Shown piece after piece: positions 9,868-18,856 of a stretch of 64,000 nt of DNA (within the stretch, counting starts at the first letter, position 1; every line of letters begins with the position of its first letter). The notes beneath the pieces are model-generated. The model saw only the letters and a program-made list of their open reading frames with translations. It searched no databases and had not been told where the DNA came from. The position numbers and the translations under genes were made by a program. Source of the DNA: Myxococcota bacterium (GTDB lineage: Bacteria; Myxococcota_A; UBA9160; SZUA-336); the NCBI GenBank assembly GCA_965247115.1, contig CBDFGR010000003.1, positions 2,464,001 through 2,528,000 on the forward strand, given 5' to 3'.

Positions 9868-11149
9868 TTCGGTCGAAGTAAGAGCGCCTCGTGAGAATGT
9901 GAATGACGAGTTTATAACTGTAGTGAAGTGGTACGTAAGGAGCGGAGATCACGTAGAGAAGGACCAGCTCATTGTGGAGGTGGAAAGCAGCAAAGCGATC
10001 CTAGAGCTGACGTCCCCTGCTGCTGGCTTTGTTCTGGTCCACTGCGAAGAGGATGTCGATGTGGCCATCGGAACCGTATTGTGCGAGATCGGCGAGTCGC
10101 GATACTCGTCCGTCGACTCGGCGGTAGGGGCGAAGGAGAGCTCGGAAGAGCGACATCCCCGTTTCAGCAAGAAGGCAAGTGAGCTGATCGCTGCGCGCTG
10201 TATAGGATCTGAGGCGTTTGAAGGGCTCCAGTTCGTTCGCGAACGGGACGTGTTCGCTGCGGTAGGGGAGGCACCTGATCCAGGGTCTCGAGTGGAACGG
10301 GGAGGGCGCTCGCGGAAGGCGAGGGCGTCCGACGAGTGCGGGGGAGTTCCCTACACCACTCAAAGACTCTCGCCGAGCAAACGAGCTGAGGGGCGACTTC
10401 TCCGCACGGCGCGAGACCAGAGCGTCCAAGCGGGAGTCACGACTTCGATCCGAGTGCCCGGTCTGATGGAGGGTGCCCGCGCTCATCCTCACATGGGCGG
10501 CAGCATCACCCCGCTCTTGGTCTATGAGGTTGCTCGCCTCTTGCGAAAGTACCCGATCTTGAATGCATTCTGCGACGGTGATTCCGCATGCTTGTATGAG
10601 GATGTGAACGTGGGCGTCGCCGTTGACTCTGGTGAGAGCCTGAGAGTTCCTGTGATTCATCGCGCCGACGCCAGGGGCCTTGCTGCGATCTCGCAGGATG
10701 TACGGGAGGCGCTGGTCGACTATGTAGAGGGTCGGTTGACGCCTGAGCAGGTGACTGGAGGTACGTTCACGATCGCGGATTTATCTGGCGAAGGAGTCTT
10801 GCTGAATCACCCAGTTCTCAATCAGGATCAGTCGGCAATCCTTGGAGTGGGAAGCGATCGAGGACGGGATGACGTGGATATCCTCAACTTCACACTTGCC
10901 TACGACCACCGGCTTACAGAGGGGGTTACGGCAACCCGTTTCCTCAGAGACCTCGAACACCGTCTGGTCGGTCACCAAGAAGCGCTTCGACAGATCGCAG
11001 GTGACGAGTTCGCAAGCGGTGAACCCACGTGTCAACGTTGTTTCCGGGGCGTTGCAGAGCTCGAACGCCAAAATCACTTCGTGGTTCAGACACTGGGTCG
11101 AGACGGCCAGACGGTGCCCATTTGCTCCTCTTGCCTGCAGGGCTGGTGA
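9860..11149 (+). CDS. 2-oxoacid dehydrogenase E2-like acyltransferase (lipoyl domain plus catalytic domain) with C-terminal Cys4 motif
   Basis: EVESSKA lipoyl Lys, GGTFTI, DHRLTEG; tail CQRC...CSSC; ATG overlaps the E1 stop. Confidence 0.85.
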   Translation: MPSSVEVRAPRENVNDEFITVVKWYVRSGDHVEKDQLIVEVESSKAILELTSPAAGFVLVHCEEDVDVAIGTVLCEIGESRYSSVDSAVGAKESSEERHPRFSKKASELIAARCIGSEAFEGLQFVRERDVFAAVGEAPDPGSRVERGGRSRKARASDECGGVPYTTQRLSPSKRAEGRLLRTARDQSVQAGVTTSIRVPGLMEGARAHPHMGGSITPLLVYEVARLLRKYPILNAFCDGDSACLYEDVNVGVAVDSGESLRVPVIHRADARGLAAISQDVREALVDYVEGRLTPEQVTGGTFTIADLSGEGVLLNHPVLNQDQSAILGVGSDRGRDDVDILNFTLAYDHRLTEGVTATRFLRDLEHRLVGHQEALRQIAGDEFASGEPTCQRCFRGVAELERQNHFVVQTLGRDGQTVPICSSCLQGW

Positions 11150-11970
11150 TGAGCGTCCCCGACTCACTCCGCGCCGCGGTTGCCGAATTCTTCAACGTTG
11201 ATTCGGAATTGATCACGGACGACTTCCCTCTCTCAGGCCCTCGGCTCGTCAACTCGATTGCGCGCGCGAAACTTGATGCTGTGATTCGACGCCGGACAGG
11301 CCTCCGATCCGATGCCGCCTATGTCGCTCACACCTATGGAGAACTGGAGGGTCGTCTCCTTCGCCCTCATGCAGTTCAGGTGCCCGGAGATTCTGAAGCA
11401 AGCGTTGCTCGGCATACCGGCGTCTCGGTTCCAGTCTTCCAGGCAGGTCTCTCGTGCGGCATCGACATCGAGGACATCGAGAACCTTCCCGAGGCCAGTG
11501 ACTACTGGGAAGATGACTTCTACAAAGCCAACTTCTCTCCGGCCGAGATCGCCTACTGCGTGGCCCAAGATGATCCACGTGAACACTTCGCAGTGAGGTG
11601 GGCAGCGAAGGAAGCGCTGGCTAAATGCGATCGGCAGCTGGTCGCCGCAGGCTTCGCGGGGGTTGAGATGGTGTCGTCATCTCAGGCAGCACCAACTATG
11701 CGAAATAGCGCGACTAAGCAGTCTCTGCCGGTAGCCGTCAGCGTCTCTCACAGTGCTCGTGCCGCGGTTGCCATCGTAGTTTGGGGAGGTGGGACCACCA
11801 AGGTAGAGACGATCAGTGGACCGCCCGACGAAGGCGAGTCTACCGATCTGAGTAAAGAGGATGACGGCAGGGCGGGCCTGATCTCTTGTCAACGGAAAAC
11901 TAGGTGGCCTGTTGCAGCCGTTGTCGCGGTCGTTGGAGTCTCGATCTACGCTCTCTGGCTGGCCCGCTAG
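11149..11970 (+). CDS. acpS: Acyl-carrier-like domain fused to AcpS-type 4'-phosphopantetheinyl transferase with C-terminal TM
   Basis: GIDIEDI, FAVRWAAKEALAK, VSVSHS; N-terminal ACP-like helix with LVNSIAR; TGATG coupling to E2. Confidence 0.8.
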   Translation: MSVPDSLRAAVAEFFNVDSELITDDFPLSGPRLVNSIARAKLDAVIRRRTGLRSDAAYVAHTYGELEGRLLRPHAVQVPGDSEASVARHTGVSVPVFQAGLSCGIDIEDIENLPEASDYWEDDFYKANFSPAEIAYCVAQDDPREHFAVRWAAKEALAKCDRQLVAAGFAGVEMVSSSQAAPTMRNSATKQSLPVAVSVSHSARAAVAIVVWGGGTTKVETISGPPDEGESTDLSKEDDGRAGLISCQRKTRWPVAAVVAVVGVSIYALWLAR

Positions 11971-11995
11971 GCCGCCACCAGTTTAATGCGTTGTC

Positions 11996-13042
11996 TCATA
12001 GGTTAGTCCTCATGCGCTCCGCGTCGGCATCGAGATCTCCAGTAAGTCTCGAGAGCCAGGCGAGCCGATTGCGAAGCCACACGCGCAGCTCGATCCTGCG
12101 CCTCAGTCCCGAACTCGACGCGAGCTGGGCCGACTTCCGCATGCGCTCGAGAAGGAAGTATAGGTAGGCGAGGAGCGCAAAGGACGCCGAGCTCCCATGC
12201 AGCGTGTACTCGTCCCAGAATGTTTGCCAGAGCTCCGATGCGCGGCGGCCGGCGGCTGCGGTGCGAACGCCGTCGTATTCGAGCGCATGGTGCATGCACG
12301 AGACGTCGTGCTCCATAGGGCCGAAACCGAAGCCCTCCATGTCGAGCGCATAGAGAACGCCGTCGACTCCCATTAGGAAGTTCTTCGGCCTCGCGTCCCC
12401 GCGGGTCGGGTATTCGCGGTGCATGCGAGCGACGTCTGCGTCTCCGAGTCGTCGCACGTACCTCTCCACGTGGCGCACGAGGTGCTCCAATTCATCGGCC
12501 GCCCCCAGAGCGGACTTCAACGCCCCGGCGCGCTCCCGGATCTTGTCAAGGTAAGTGAAGGGATCGAGGCCCCCGTCTGCGCGAGCACCCCGGGCGCGAA
12601 ACACTCCGAGCCAACGAGCGATGTGTCTCGCTTGGCCGCGAGCCTCCTCGACGGGGCGCGAGCGATGCCAGCCGAGCACGGCTCGATCGATGATCGTTCG
12701 GGTGAGCTCTCCAGGTTGGTATCGGGTGACCAGGAAATTGGGACCGGTCCCCCACCCGAGGGGCTGCACGACCCCCAGATCGGCGGTCGAATCTGAAGTG
12801 ATCTCACTGAGAAGCCCCGTGGCGAACTCCAAGGCTTTCTGCTCGTGCGCCGGCGAGTAAGGGTCGGAGTCCACTTTCACCACGTAGAGAGGATCGGGGG
12901 CTCCCCGCGTCGCGACGTAGAAGATCATGCTCTTGTAGTGCCGTGTCTTGAATCTTCGGGGAAGAACCTGCATGTCGGCCTCCCTGCAATCGAGATCGGC
13001 GGCGCAGATCTCGATTGCCTCGGGCGGTAGTCGTGTGGTCAT
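11996..13042 (-). CDS. APH/choline-kinase-like phosphotransferase
   Basis: YVVKV, RGDARPKNFL catalytic loop, ALDMEG. Confidence 0.65.
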   Translation of the reverse strand: MTTRLPPEAIEICAADLDCREADMQVLPRRFKTRHYKSMIFYVATRGAPDPLYVVKVDSDPYSPAHEQKALEFATGLLSEITSDSTADLGVVQPLGWGTGPNFLVTRYQPGELTRTIIDRAVLGWHRSRPVEEARGQARHIARWLGVFRARGARADGGLDPFTYLDKIRERAGALKSALGAADELEHLVRHVERYVRRLGDADVARMHREYPTRGDARPKNFLMGVDGVLYALDMEGFGFGPMEHDVSCMHHALEYDGVRTAAAGRRASELWQTFWDEYTLHGSSASFALLAYLYFLLERMRKSAQLASSSGLRRRIELRVWLRNRLAWLSRLTGDLDADAERMRTNL

Positions 13043-13397
13043 CCCATTCCTTGTCCGCGCAACTTCCTATCCGACCTCCGAGCCAACAATATCCCGTACT
13101 CATCTGAGTCTCTACACGGCTCCTAGGACGCTCAGCCATCCTGCATTCTGATGGACTCTAGTCTAGGCTACCGGCAAGCTGTTGGTGATTCTGTGAAGGC
13201 TCAGGAGCTTTCGGAGAGCATCCTGCTAGCCGACGGATCAAGATGTCTATGAATCGTGCCGAGGTGGGCGAGCTATTGATTCCCCGCAGACCGGAATCGC
13301 TTCGGACGCCCGATCGCACGGGAAGCGAGAGGGTCTCTGAGGCAAGGTCGAACTCTCGCAATGGATCCAACCGGATGAAAACCCTCGGTTTGGGCGA

Positions 13398-14780
13398 ATG
13401 AGGTCGAACGAGTGCATTCCGGGGCACAACTCTCCGCCGAGGTACACCGCTCGAGAAGTCGGCAGCCTTCTCGTCCTTCTGATCGGGATCGCGATAGTCG
13501 GATCCAGCCTCGTACTCAACCCGTGGATCGCTCGACTGTGGCAAGGTCCCTTCGTAGTCGACAAGATTGACGTTCTCTGGAAATACTTCGTTTCGAGCCT
13601 CACCCTTGGCTCCGCGACTGTAGTTCTAAGCTGGGCGCTCCGACGATCCCTGGCGAGGCGGATCGACAAGCTTACAGTGCTCTTTGTGATCTGCACGGCG
13701 ATCTTTCTCGGAGATCGACTTCTGCTGGTTAGGTCCGGCTTACCACTCTGGACCTACGACTCGCAGCTCCACTTCCGCCACCGTCCAGGTGCGGTGCGAA
13801 CCTTGAAGCAATCGAGGCCACCGGGAGATCTGATCCGTATAAACTCTCATGGCTTCCACGACGAAGAATTCGATGAAGAGAAGGGTCGGCGTGAGTTGCG
13901 GGGACTCGTGATCGGGGACTCAGTGACGATGGCATACGGCCTTACCTATAGAGAGACGTTTAGTTCGCACCTCGAGCGACTCCTTGAGACTAATATCGAG
14001 TTCTATTCCTCGTTTCAGATAATCAACACAGGAGTCCATGGCTACGGAACCTCGCAGGAAGTACAAGTACTTCGAGATGCGATGCGATTTGATCCGGACT
14101 TCATCGTCGTTGGTTTCTGCATGAATGACGTGACTGAACCGTTCGTAGTTCGACGCGGGCTCGGAGGTGTTGGCTTCGACTACCATGGAATTCGAGAGGC
14201 CGCAAATCCTTTGTACGGTTATCTCGTCAACGAGACGGGACTGGGCCGGTTCACTCTGCAACTAAAGTGGCGTGCACGGAGGCTCGAGGCAGCCAAACTG
14301 CAAGAGGTCTGGGATGTTAGACAGATGTCCCAGAGCTCTCGACTAGATCCGCCATTCGACAGAGCGTGGGAACTCGTACTGTCGGATCTGGAAGAGATGT
14401 ATGAACTCGCCCAGATCCACGACATCCCAATCGTTCTGTTGATCTTTCCGCTCAGCTTTCAGCTGGTTGACGATCAGCTCCGAATGCCCCAGGAGGTCCT
14501 CAAGGGTCATGCGGCAGATCAAGGAGTCGAGGTTATCGACCTCACCGATAGGTTCAGCGAGCTTGTGTTCTCGGATACGGAGACACTTACTTTCTTACGT
14601 CGGAGGGGCTACGGAGCGGAGGAGATCGAGCAGTTCTTTCAGTGGAGAATCAGTACCTACTTCCTTGACGCTGACCACTTCACCGACGTAGGGCACCAGG
14701 TCATCGCGGAAGCTGTCTTTAACTACCTAAGTACGGATCTGCTGAGTTCGAAACGAGAACCAGTAGGCCCTGCATCTTGA
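13398..14780 (+). CDS. Membrane-anchored SGNH/GDSL hydrolase family protein
   Basis: Three TM segments, INSHGF, IGDSVT, NTGVHGY, FCMND, DADHFT. Confidence 0.85.
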   Translation: MRSNECIPGHNSPPRYTAREVGSLLVLLIGIAIVGSSLVLNPWIARLWQGPFVVDKIDVLWKYFVSSLTLGSATVVLSWALRRSLARRIDKLTVLFVICTAIFLGDRLLLVRSGLPLWTYDSQLHFRHRPGAVRTLKQSRPPGDLIRINSHGFHDEEFDEEKGRRELRGLVIGDSVTMAYGLTYRETFSSHLERLLETNIEFYSSFQIINTGVHGYGTSQEVQVLRDAMRFDPDFIVVGFCMNDVTEPFVVRRGLGGVGFDYHGIREAANPLYGYLVNETGLGRFTLQLKWRARRLEAAKLQEVWDVRQMSQSSRLDPPFDRAWELVLSDLEEMYELAQIHDIPIVLLIFPLSFQLVDDQLRMPQEVLKGHAADQGVEVIDLTDRFSELVFSDTETLTFLRRRGYGAEEIEQFFQWRISTYFLDADHFTDVGHQVIAEAVFNYLSTDLLSSKREPVGPAS

Positions 14781-15331
14781 TAATGATTCGGTCGCACGGT
14801 CAGTGATATGCCTGTAGAAGACTCGCCGATATCCGTTCCCGTTCGCAGGTTTCTCGGCGGTTGCGTGCATGCCGCTACCATGGAACAGGCGGTGGAGATC
14901 TGCCGTGGCGCGATAGCCGGCAAAGGCGGTCTTACGATAGCTGTTGTCAATGCTGCGAAGCTCGTCAACATGCGACATGACCCCGCTCTGCGGGAGGCTG
15001 TTCGCTCGGCCGGGCTGATTCTGGCCGATGGAATCGGCGTGGTCTGGGCGAGTCGCCTATTGGGCGCGCCACTCCCTGAGCGCGTAACTGGAATCGATCT
15101 CTTCCTCGAACTCCTGGAGCTCGCTGATCGCGAGCGGTTGTCAGTCTACTTCTTGGGTGCCAAGACGCTAGTCCTCGAAGACATGCTTCGGCGAGTGCGC
15201 GAACGTCACGTGGGCCTCCGCGTGGCCGGCCATCGCGATGGCTACTTCGGGGCCGAAGAGGCAGAAGAGGTGGCGCATGAGATCAGTGCGGCGGACGCCG
15301 ACATCCTATTCGTAGGCATCTCCACCCCTAA

Positions 15332-16606
15332 CAGGCTGCGGAGAAAGTGACTGGTTGAGGGGTGGTCCTTCCGACGAGGGGGTTCACCGGCCGAGGGGCG
15401 GGGCGCGATTCCCGGTTCGAACCGGTCTTGGGCTCCGCTGATCGCGGGGCGGTTTCGCACATGACCTACGTGGCCTCCAGCAGCTTGCGGATCCGGATCA
15501 GGTTGTAGGCTGCGGCCGTGAAGGTGAAGACCCAGCCGACCCGATCCGTGCCGCGGTGTCGGGTCTTGCGCATCAGCCCCACGGTCTTCATCCAGCCGAA
15601 GACCTCTTCCACCCGTTTGCGAAAACGCTGACTCAGTTCGTAGCCCCGGTGGCGCGTCGTCCGCCCGTCGATCGCGCTGCGTCGATTCGTCGTGTTCTGC
15701 GCCACGTGTGGGGTCACGCCCAACTCTCGAAGCTCTTCCACGAACCCCTTCGTGTCGAAGCCCTTGTCTCCGCCCAATGTCCTCCGACGCCCGCCTCCCA
15801 GACCTTCCACCATCTCGAGCGCCGCTTCGCGCTCCGCATATCCCGACGCCTGCGTGAGCTTCGCCGCGACCACCAAGCCGTTCCGGTTCTCCGTCACCAC
15901 GTGTCCCTGGTACGCGAGTCGGGCGCCTTGGCCTCTCATACCGGCGAGTCGTGCGTCGGGATCCGTCGTCGACGCATGCGTCTGGTTGCTCCGCTTCTCG
16001 CCTCGGAAGTTCACCGTCGGGTTGCCCGGGTCATCGTCGTCTCTCCGTTCCTCGTCCTTCCGTACGAAGCTCTTCTGGCTCGCCCACGCCTCGATCAGCG
16101 TCCCGTCTACCGTGAAGTGCTCCAACGACACCCATCCCTCGGTCTCGGCCTGCTCCAGCACTGCGTCGAAGAAGTGCTCGGCAATCTCGCCCTTGAGCAG
16201 CCGGTCTCGGTTCTTCGTGAACACCGTGGCGCTGAACACCACCTCGTCAAGCTCCAGACCCACGAACCAGCGATACAGCAGGTTGTACTCCAGCTGCTCC
16301 ACCAGCTGCCGCTCGCTCCGGATGGTGTAGAGCACCTGCAGCAGCAGGGCGCGCAGCAGCTGCTCCGGGGGCACGGACGGGCGCCCTACGCCTCTGGCGT
16401 AGATCGCGTCGAAGCGCGGCGATAGCCGCTGCAGCGCCGTGTCGACCATGCGCCGCATCGCTCGAAGCGGATGATCATCCGGAATCCGCGACTCCAGCGA
16501 CACGTAGCTGAACATCCCGCCCTGAAGCGTCCCCTGTCCTCTCACGCCTCCCCCTTTGGGGCTCGCTCCCAAGGTACCCTTCGATGAGGAGTTTTTCAGC
16601 AGCCTG
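15332..16606 (-). mobile_element. IS5-family insertion sequence, copy 1 (1275 bp)
   Basis: IRs CAGGCTGCGGAGAAA / CAGGCTGCTGAAAAA; 4-bp TSD CTAA at 15328-15331 and 16607-16610. Confidence 0.95.
15466..16545 (-). CDS. IS5-family DDE transposase
   Basis: Probable GTG start; SYVSLESRIPDDHPLR, TVDGTLIEA, GDKGFD, RKRVEEVFG motifs. Confidence 0.95.
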   Translation of the reverse strand: MRGQGTLQGGMFSYVSLESRIPDDHPLRAMRRMVDTALQRLSPRFDAIYARGVGRPSVPPEQLLRALLLQVLYTIRSERQLVEQLEYNLLYRWFVGLELDEVVFSATVFTKNRDRLLKGEIAEHFFDAVLEQAETEGWVSLEHFTVDGTLIEAWASQKSFVRKDEERRDDDDPGNPTVNFRGEKRSNQTHASTTDPDARLAGMRGQGARLAYQGHVVTENRNGLVVAAKLTQASGYAEREAALEMVEGLGGGRRRTLGGDKGFDTKGFVEELRELGVTPHVAQNTTNRRSAIDGRTTRHRGYELSQRFRKRVEEVFGWMKTVGLMRKTRHRGTDRVGWVFTFTAAAYNLIRIRKLLEAT

Positions 16607-16963
16607 CTAAGAAGGAGCTGTTTCTGAGGCGGTACGGCGCGCGCATGGGGGTCGGAGTTTCGCATGGTGTGGGGGGTGCCTTCGACATCCTTGCCGGAAA
16701 GACTCGCCGTGCTCCAGTTGCTTGGCAACAGCTTGGTCTCGAGTGGCTCTATCGCCTGTGGCAAGAGCCGCGCCGTATGTTGAAACGGTACGCCATCACC
16801 AACACCCGCTTTATCGCGATGGTGGCGGCAGAGTGGATTCGCCGGAGATTGCAACACTAGTCATGAGATACGTTGAGGAACTGTGGATGGTCGGCCGCGC
16901 GCAGGCGCGACTGTGGTCAGCTTCGACCTCCGTTGGTGCGAGCGCGCTGTAACGTGGAACGTC

Positions 16964-18154
16964 TTAGACGGAGAGGACCTGGGGTGTGAGCCCCATTCTG
17001 TCGAGCTCGATTGTTATCTCGTTACGATAGATTGGATTCATGAGGATCACTGCGTCGGGCTGGTAGCTACGAAGGGCGCCGGGGGCTACGATTTCCTGCC
17101 CCGTACCTGCCTGGAATTTGCCTTGCTTTCGCTCGTTTATGTCGACGACGTACTCGATCTCGTCATGGACACGGAGAGTCGCGAGGAAGCCGGCCGCTTT
17201 CGAACCCGATCCCCATACGGCCATGCGTTTCCCCTGGGCGCTTAAGTCGTCGAGCTTTTGCCGCCAGCGCTTCACCTCCTGGGAGACGTTCCGAGAGAAC
17301 CTCTCAACGCTTGCGAGCACCTCTTCGAGGTCGTCTTCTCCGGGTAGAGGAGCGGCCCTCGGCTCTGGGCCAGAAGTTGCAACGATAGTCAGGTACTGAT
17401 CGTCATAAACTCTGTCGAGCTCCAGAATCTGATGGTCGCAGGAGCGAAACAGACGCGCCAACGATCCCAAGCTGAAGTAGCTACAGTGCTCGTAATAGAG
17501 GTCCCAGAATGCGTTCTCGGAAAGAATGCGGGTGACGTCGGGAACCTCGAAGAATATTCGCGCGCCAGGCCTGGCGCTAGCGGAACCCCGGATCATCTGT
17601 ATGAACGCTCTTGGATGCGCTACGTGCTCTAGCGTGTGACGGCACGCGAAGAAGTCACCGAGCGTGCCCAAGTCCTGTCCGCCATAGAGTTCTCTCACGA
17701 GGGTCACGCGATTGTCTTGCCGGGCTTGCTGATTTGGGGGAGTTAGCGGGTCAAACCCTAATCCGAGATTATCTCCGAGTTCGCAGATCGCTCGCAGGAA
17801 CTCACCGCTGCCGGATCCGATCTCGATGATGGTCTTTTCCCGCAGTCCATGGCGCTCGATGAGTCCATCGCACAGCCCGCGTAGGTACCTGGAGAAGTGC
17901 GGCGAGAATGCTTGGGAGGTCTCGTAGGCCGACTCAGGGACTTGAGTGGGTTCCTGGAAGAGTGAGTTGGCGATGAACCCGCAGACCTCGCAGATCACCA
18001 GCTGCAGGTCCATCCTCGGGAAGGCTAGCGCAGCCTCTCGTGAATCCAGCAGCACAGTGCTCTCGACGGGAATGTCGGACACTTCGTAGAAGACCCGCAG
18101 CCGATCCGCGCCGCAAGCACGGCAGAGGTCAGATGCGATCACACCGCCTCCCAT
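16964..18154 (-). CDS. NDP-hexose C-methyltransferase-like SAM methyltransferase
   Basis: CRAC..CEVC Zn site, EIGSGSG, YYEHCSYFS, C-terminal WGSGSKA...KQGKF domain. Confidence 0.85.
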   Translation of the reverse strand: MGGGVIASDLCRACGADRLRVFYEVSDIPVESTVLLDSREAALAFPRMDLQLVICEVCGFIANSLFQEPTQVPESAYETSQAFSPHFSRYLRGLCDGLIERHGLREKTIIEIGSGSGEFLRAICELGDNLGLGFDPLTPPNQQARQDNRVTLVRELYGGQDLGTLGDFFACRHTLEHVAHPRAFIQMIRGSASARPGARIFFEVPDVTRILSENAFWDLYYEHCSYFSLGSLARLFRSCDHQILELDRVYDDQYLTIVATSGPEPRAAPLPGEDDLEEVLASVERFSRNVSQEVKRWRQKLDDLSAQGKRMAVWGSGSKAAGFLATLRVHDEIEYVVDINERKQGKFQAGTGQEIVAPGALRSYQPDAVILMNPIYRNEITIELDRMGLTPQVLSV

Positions 18155-18193
18155 CGTACGCCGATCTTGCCAACGCGATGGCCTGAAGGTGTC

Positions 18194-18856
18194 TTAGTTG
18201 GTGGGACGAAGTACACCGAGTTTGAGCTTCGGGGCGTAGAAGGCTTCCGCGTATCTGCTGGGCGAGCGACATTCCATTCCCCTCAGCCGCAGTAAAGAGT
18301 AGAAGGTGTCCTCGGTAAACCAGTCCCGTCCGTGTTGGCTCTCAAAGCACGTGTAGAGAGCTTCGAATTTTCGCTGGCAGATCTCCTGGGATAGCGGGAC
18401 AAAGACGTTTGGTGCTCCGAGATCTCCGTCCCACTTCGGGATTTCGTACTCGAGAATCAGATGATCGCGGAAGCTGCTCCAGGTCAGCTCCGAGATGAGA
18501 CGGTGATCCTGGTGGAGGTCGCCACGCTGGTGGGTGAGGATGAGATCGGGCGAGAACTCGCGCTTGAGCCTCTCGAAGTACTCCTTGATGGCGGTACCAC
18601 AGTAGGGAAAGAAGCTCTCCCGAAACTCCTCAACGGCGATGTGCCTGGACCGGGCCTGTGAAAGAAAGATCTCCGCGGACTTCAGGGCCTCTCTCTTTCG
18701 TTGCTCATCCGATGCAAAGACGACCCAGTAGACCTCTGCGCTGGGGACCTGCTCGAGGATTGTGAGAATGGTCCCCCCACAGCCGATCTCGATATCGTCA
18801 CAGTGTGCGCCCAGGCACAGGATCCGATCCACACCCGTGGGATGGAGCTCAATCAT
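18194..18856 (-). CDS. PIG-L/LmbE family deacetylase
   Basis: GAHCDDIEIGCGG and DLHQDH motifs. Confidence 0.9.
   Translation of the reverse strand: MIELHPTGVDRILCLGAHCDDIEIGCGGTILTILEQVPSAEVYWVVFASDEQRKREALKSAEIFLSQARSRHIAVEEFRESFFPYCGTAIKEYFERLKREFSPDLILTHQRGDLHQDHRLISELTWSSFRDHLILEYEIPKWDGDLGAPNVFVPLSQEICQRKFEALYTCFESQHGRDWFTEDTFYSLLRLRGMECRSPSRYAEAFYAPKLKLGVLRPTN

Larger units (their letters stand above)
14808..16860 (+). pseudogene. WecG/TagA/CpsF (GT26) glycosyltransferase interrupted by IS5
   Basis: 5' part 14808-15331 (LADGIGVV, ERVTGIDL, FVGISTP) rejoins in frame with 16611-16860 (KKELFL..GVGGAFD..GLEWLYRL..EPRR) once the IS and one CTAA are removed. Confidence 0.95.

Noticed and set aside
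11996..13042. Aminoglycoside resistance gene
   Set aside because: Only the generic kinase fold is visible, and the context is glycan biosynthesis
15400..15430. GGTTCGAACC T-loop-like sequence suggesting a tRNA (also near 44607)
   Set aside because: It is a palindrome inside the IS5 end; no cloverleaf, D-arm or acceptor stem
16546..16857. N-terminal extensions of the IS5 transposase ORFs (also 45739-45912)
   Set aside because: They cross the IS boundary and differ between copies; the real start is probably the internal GTG
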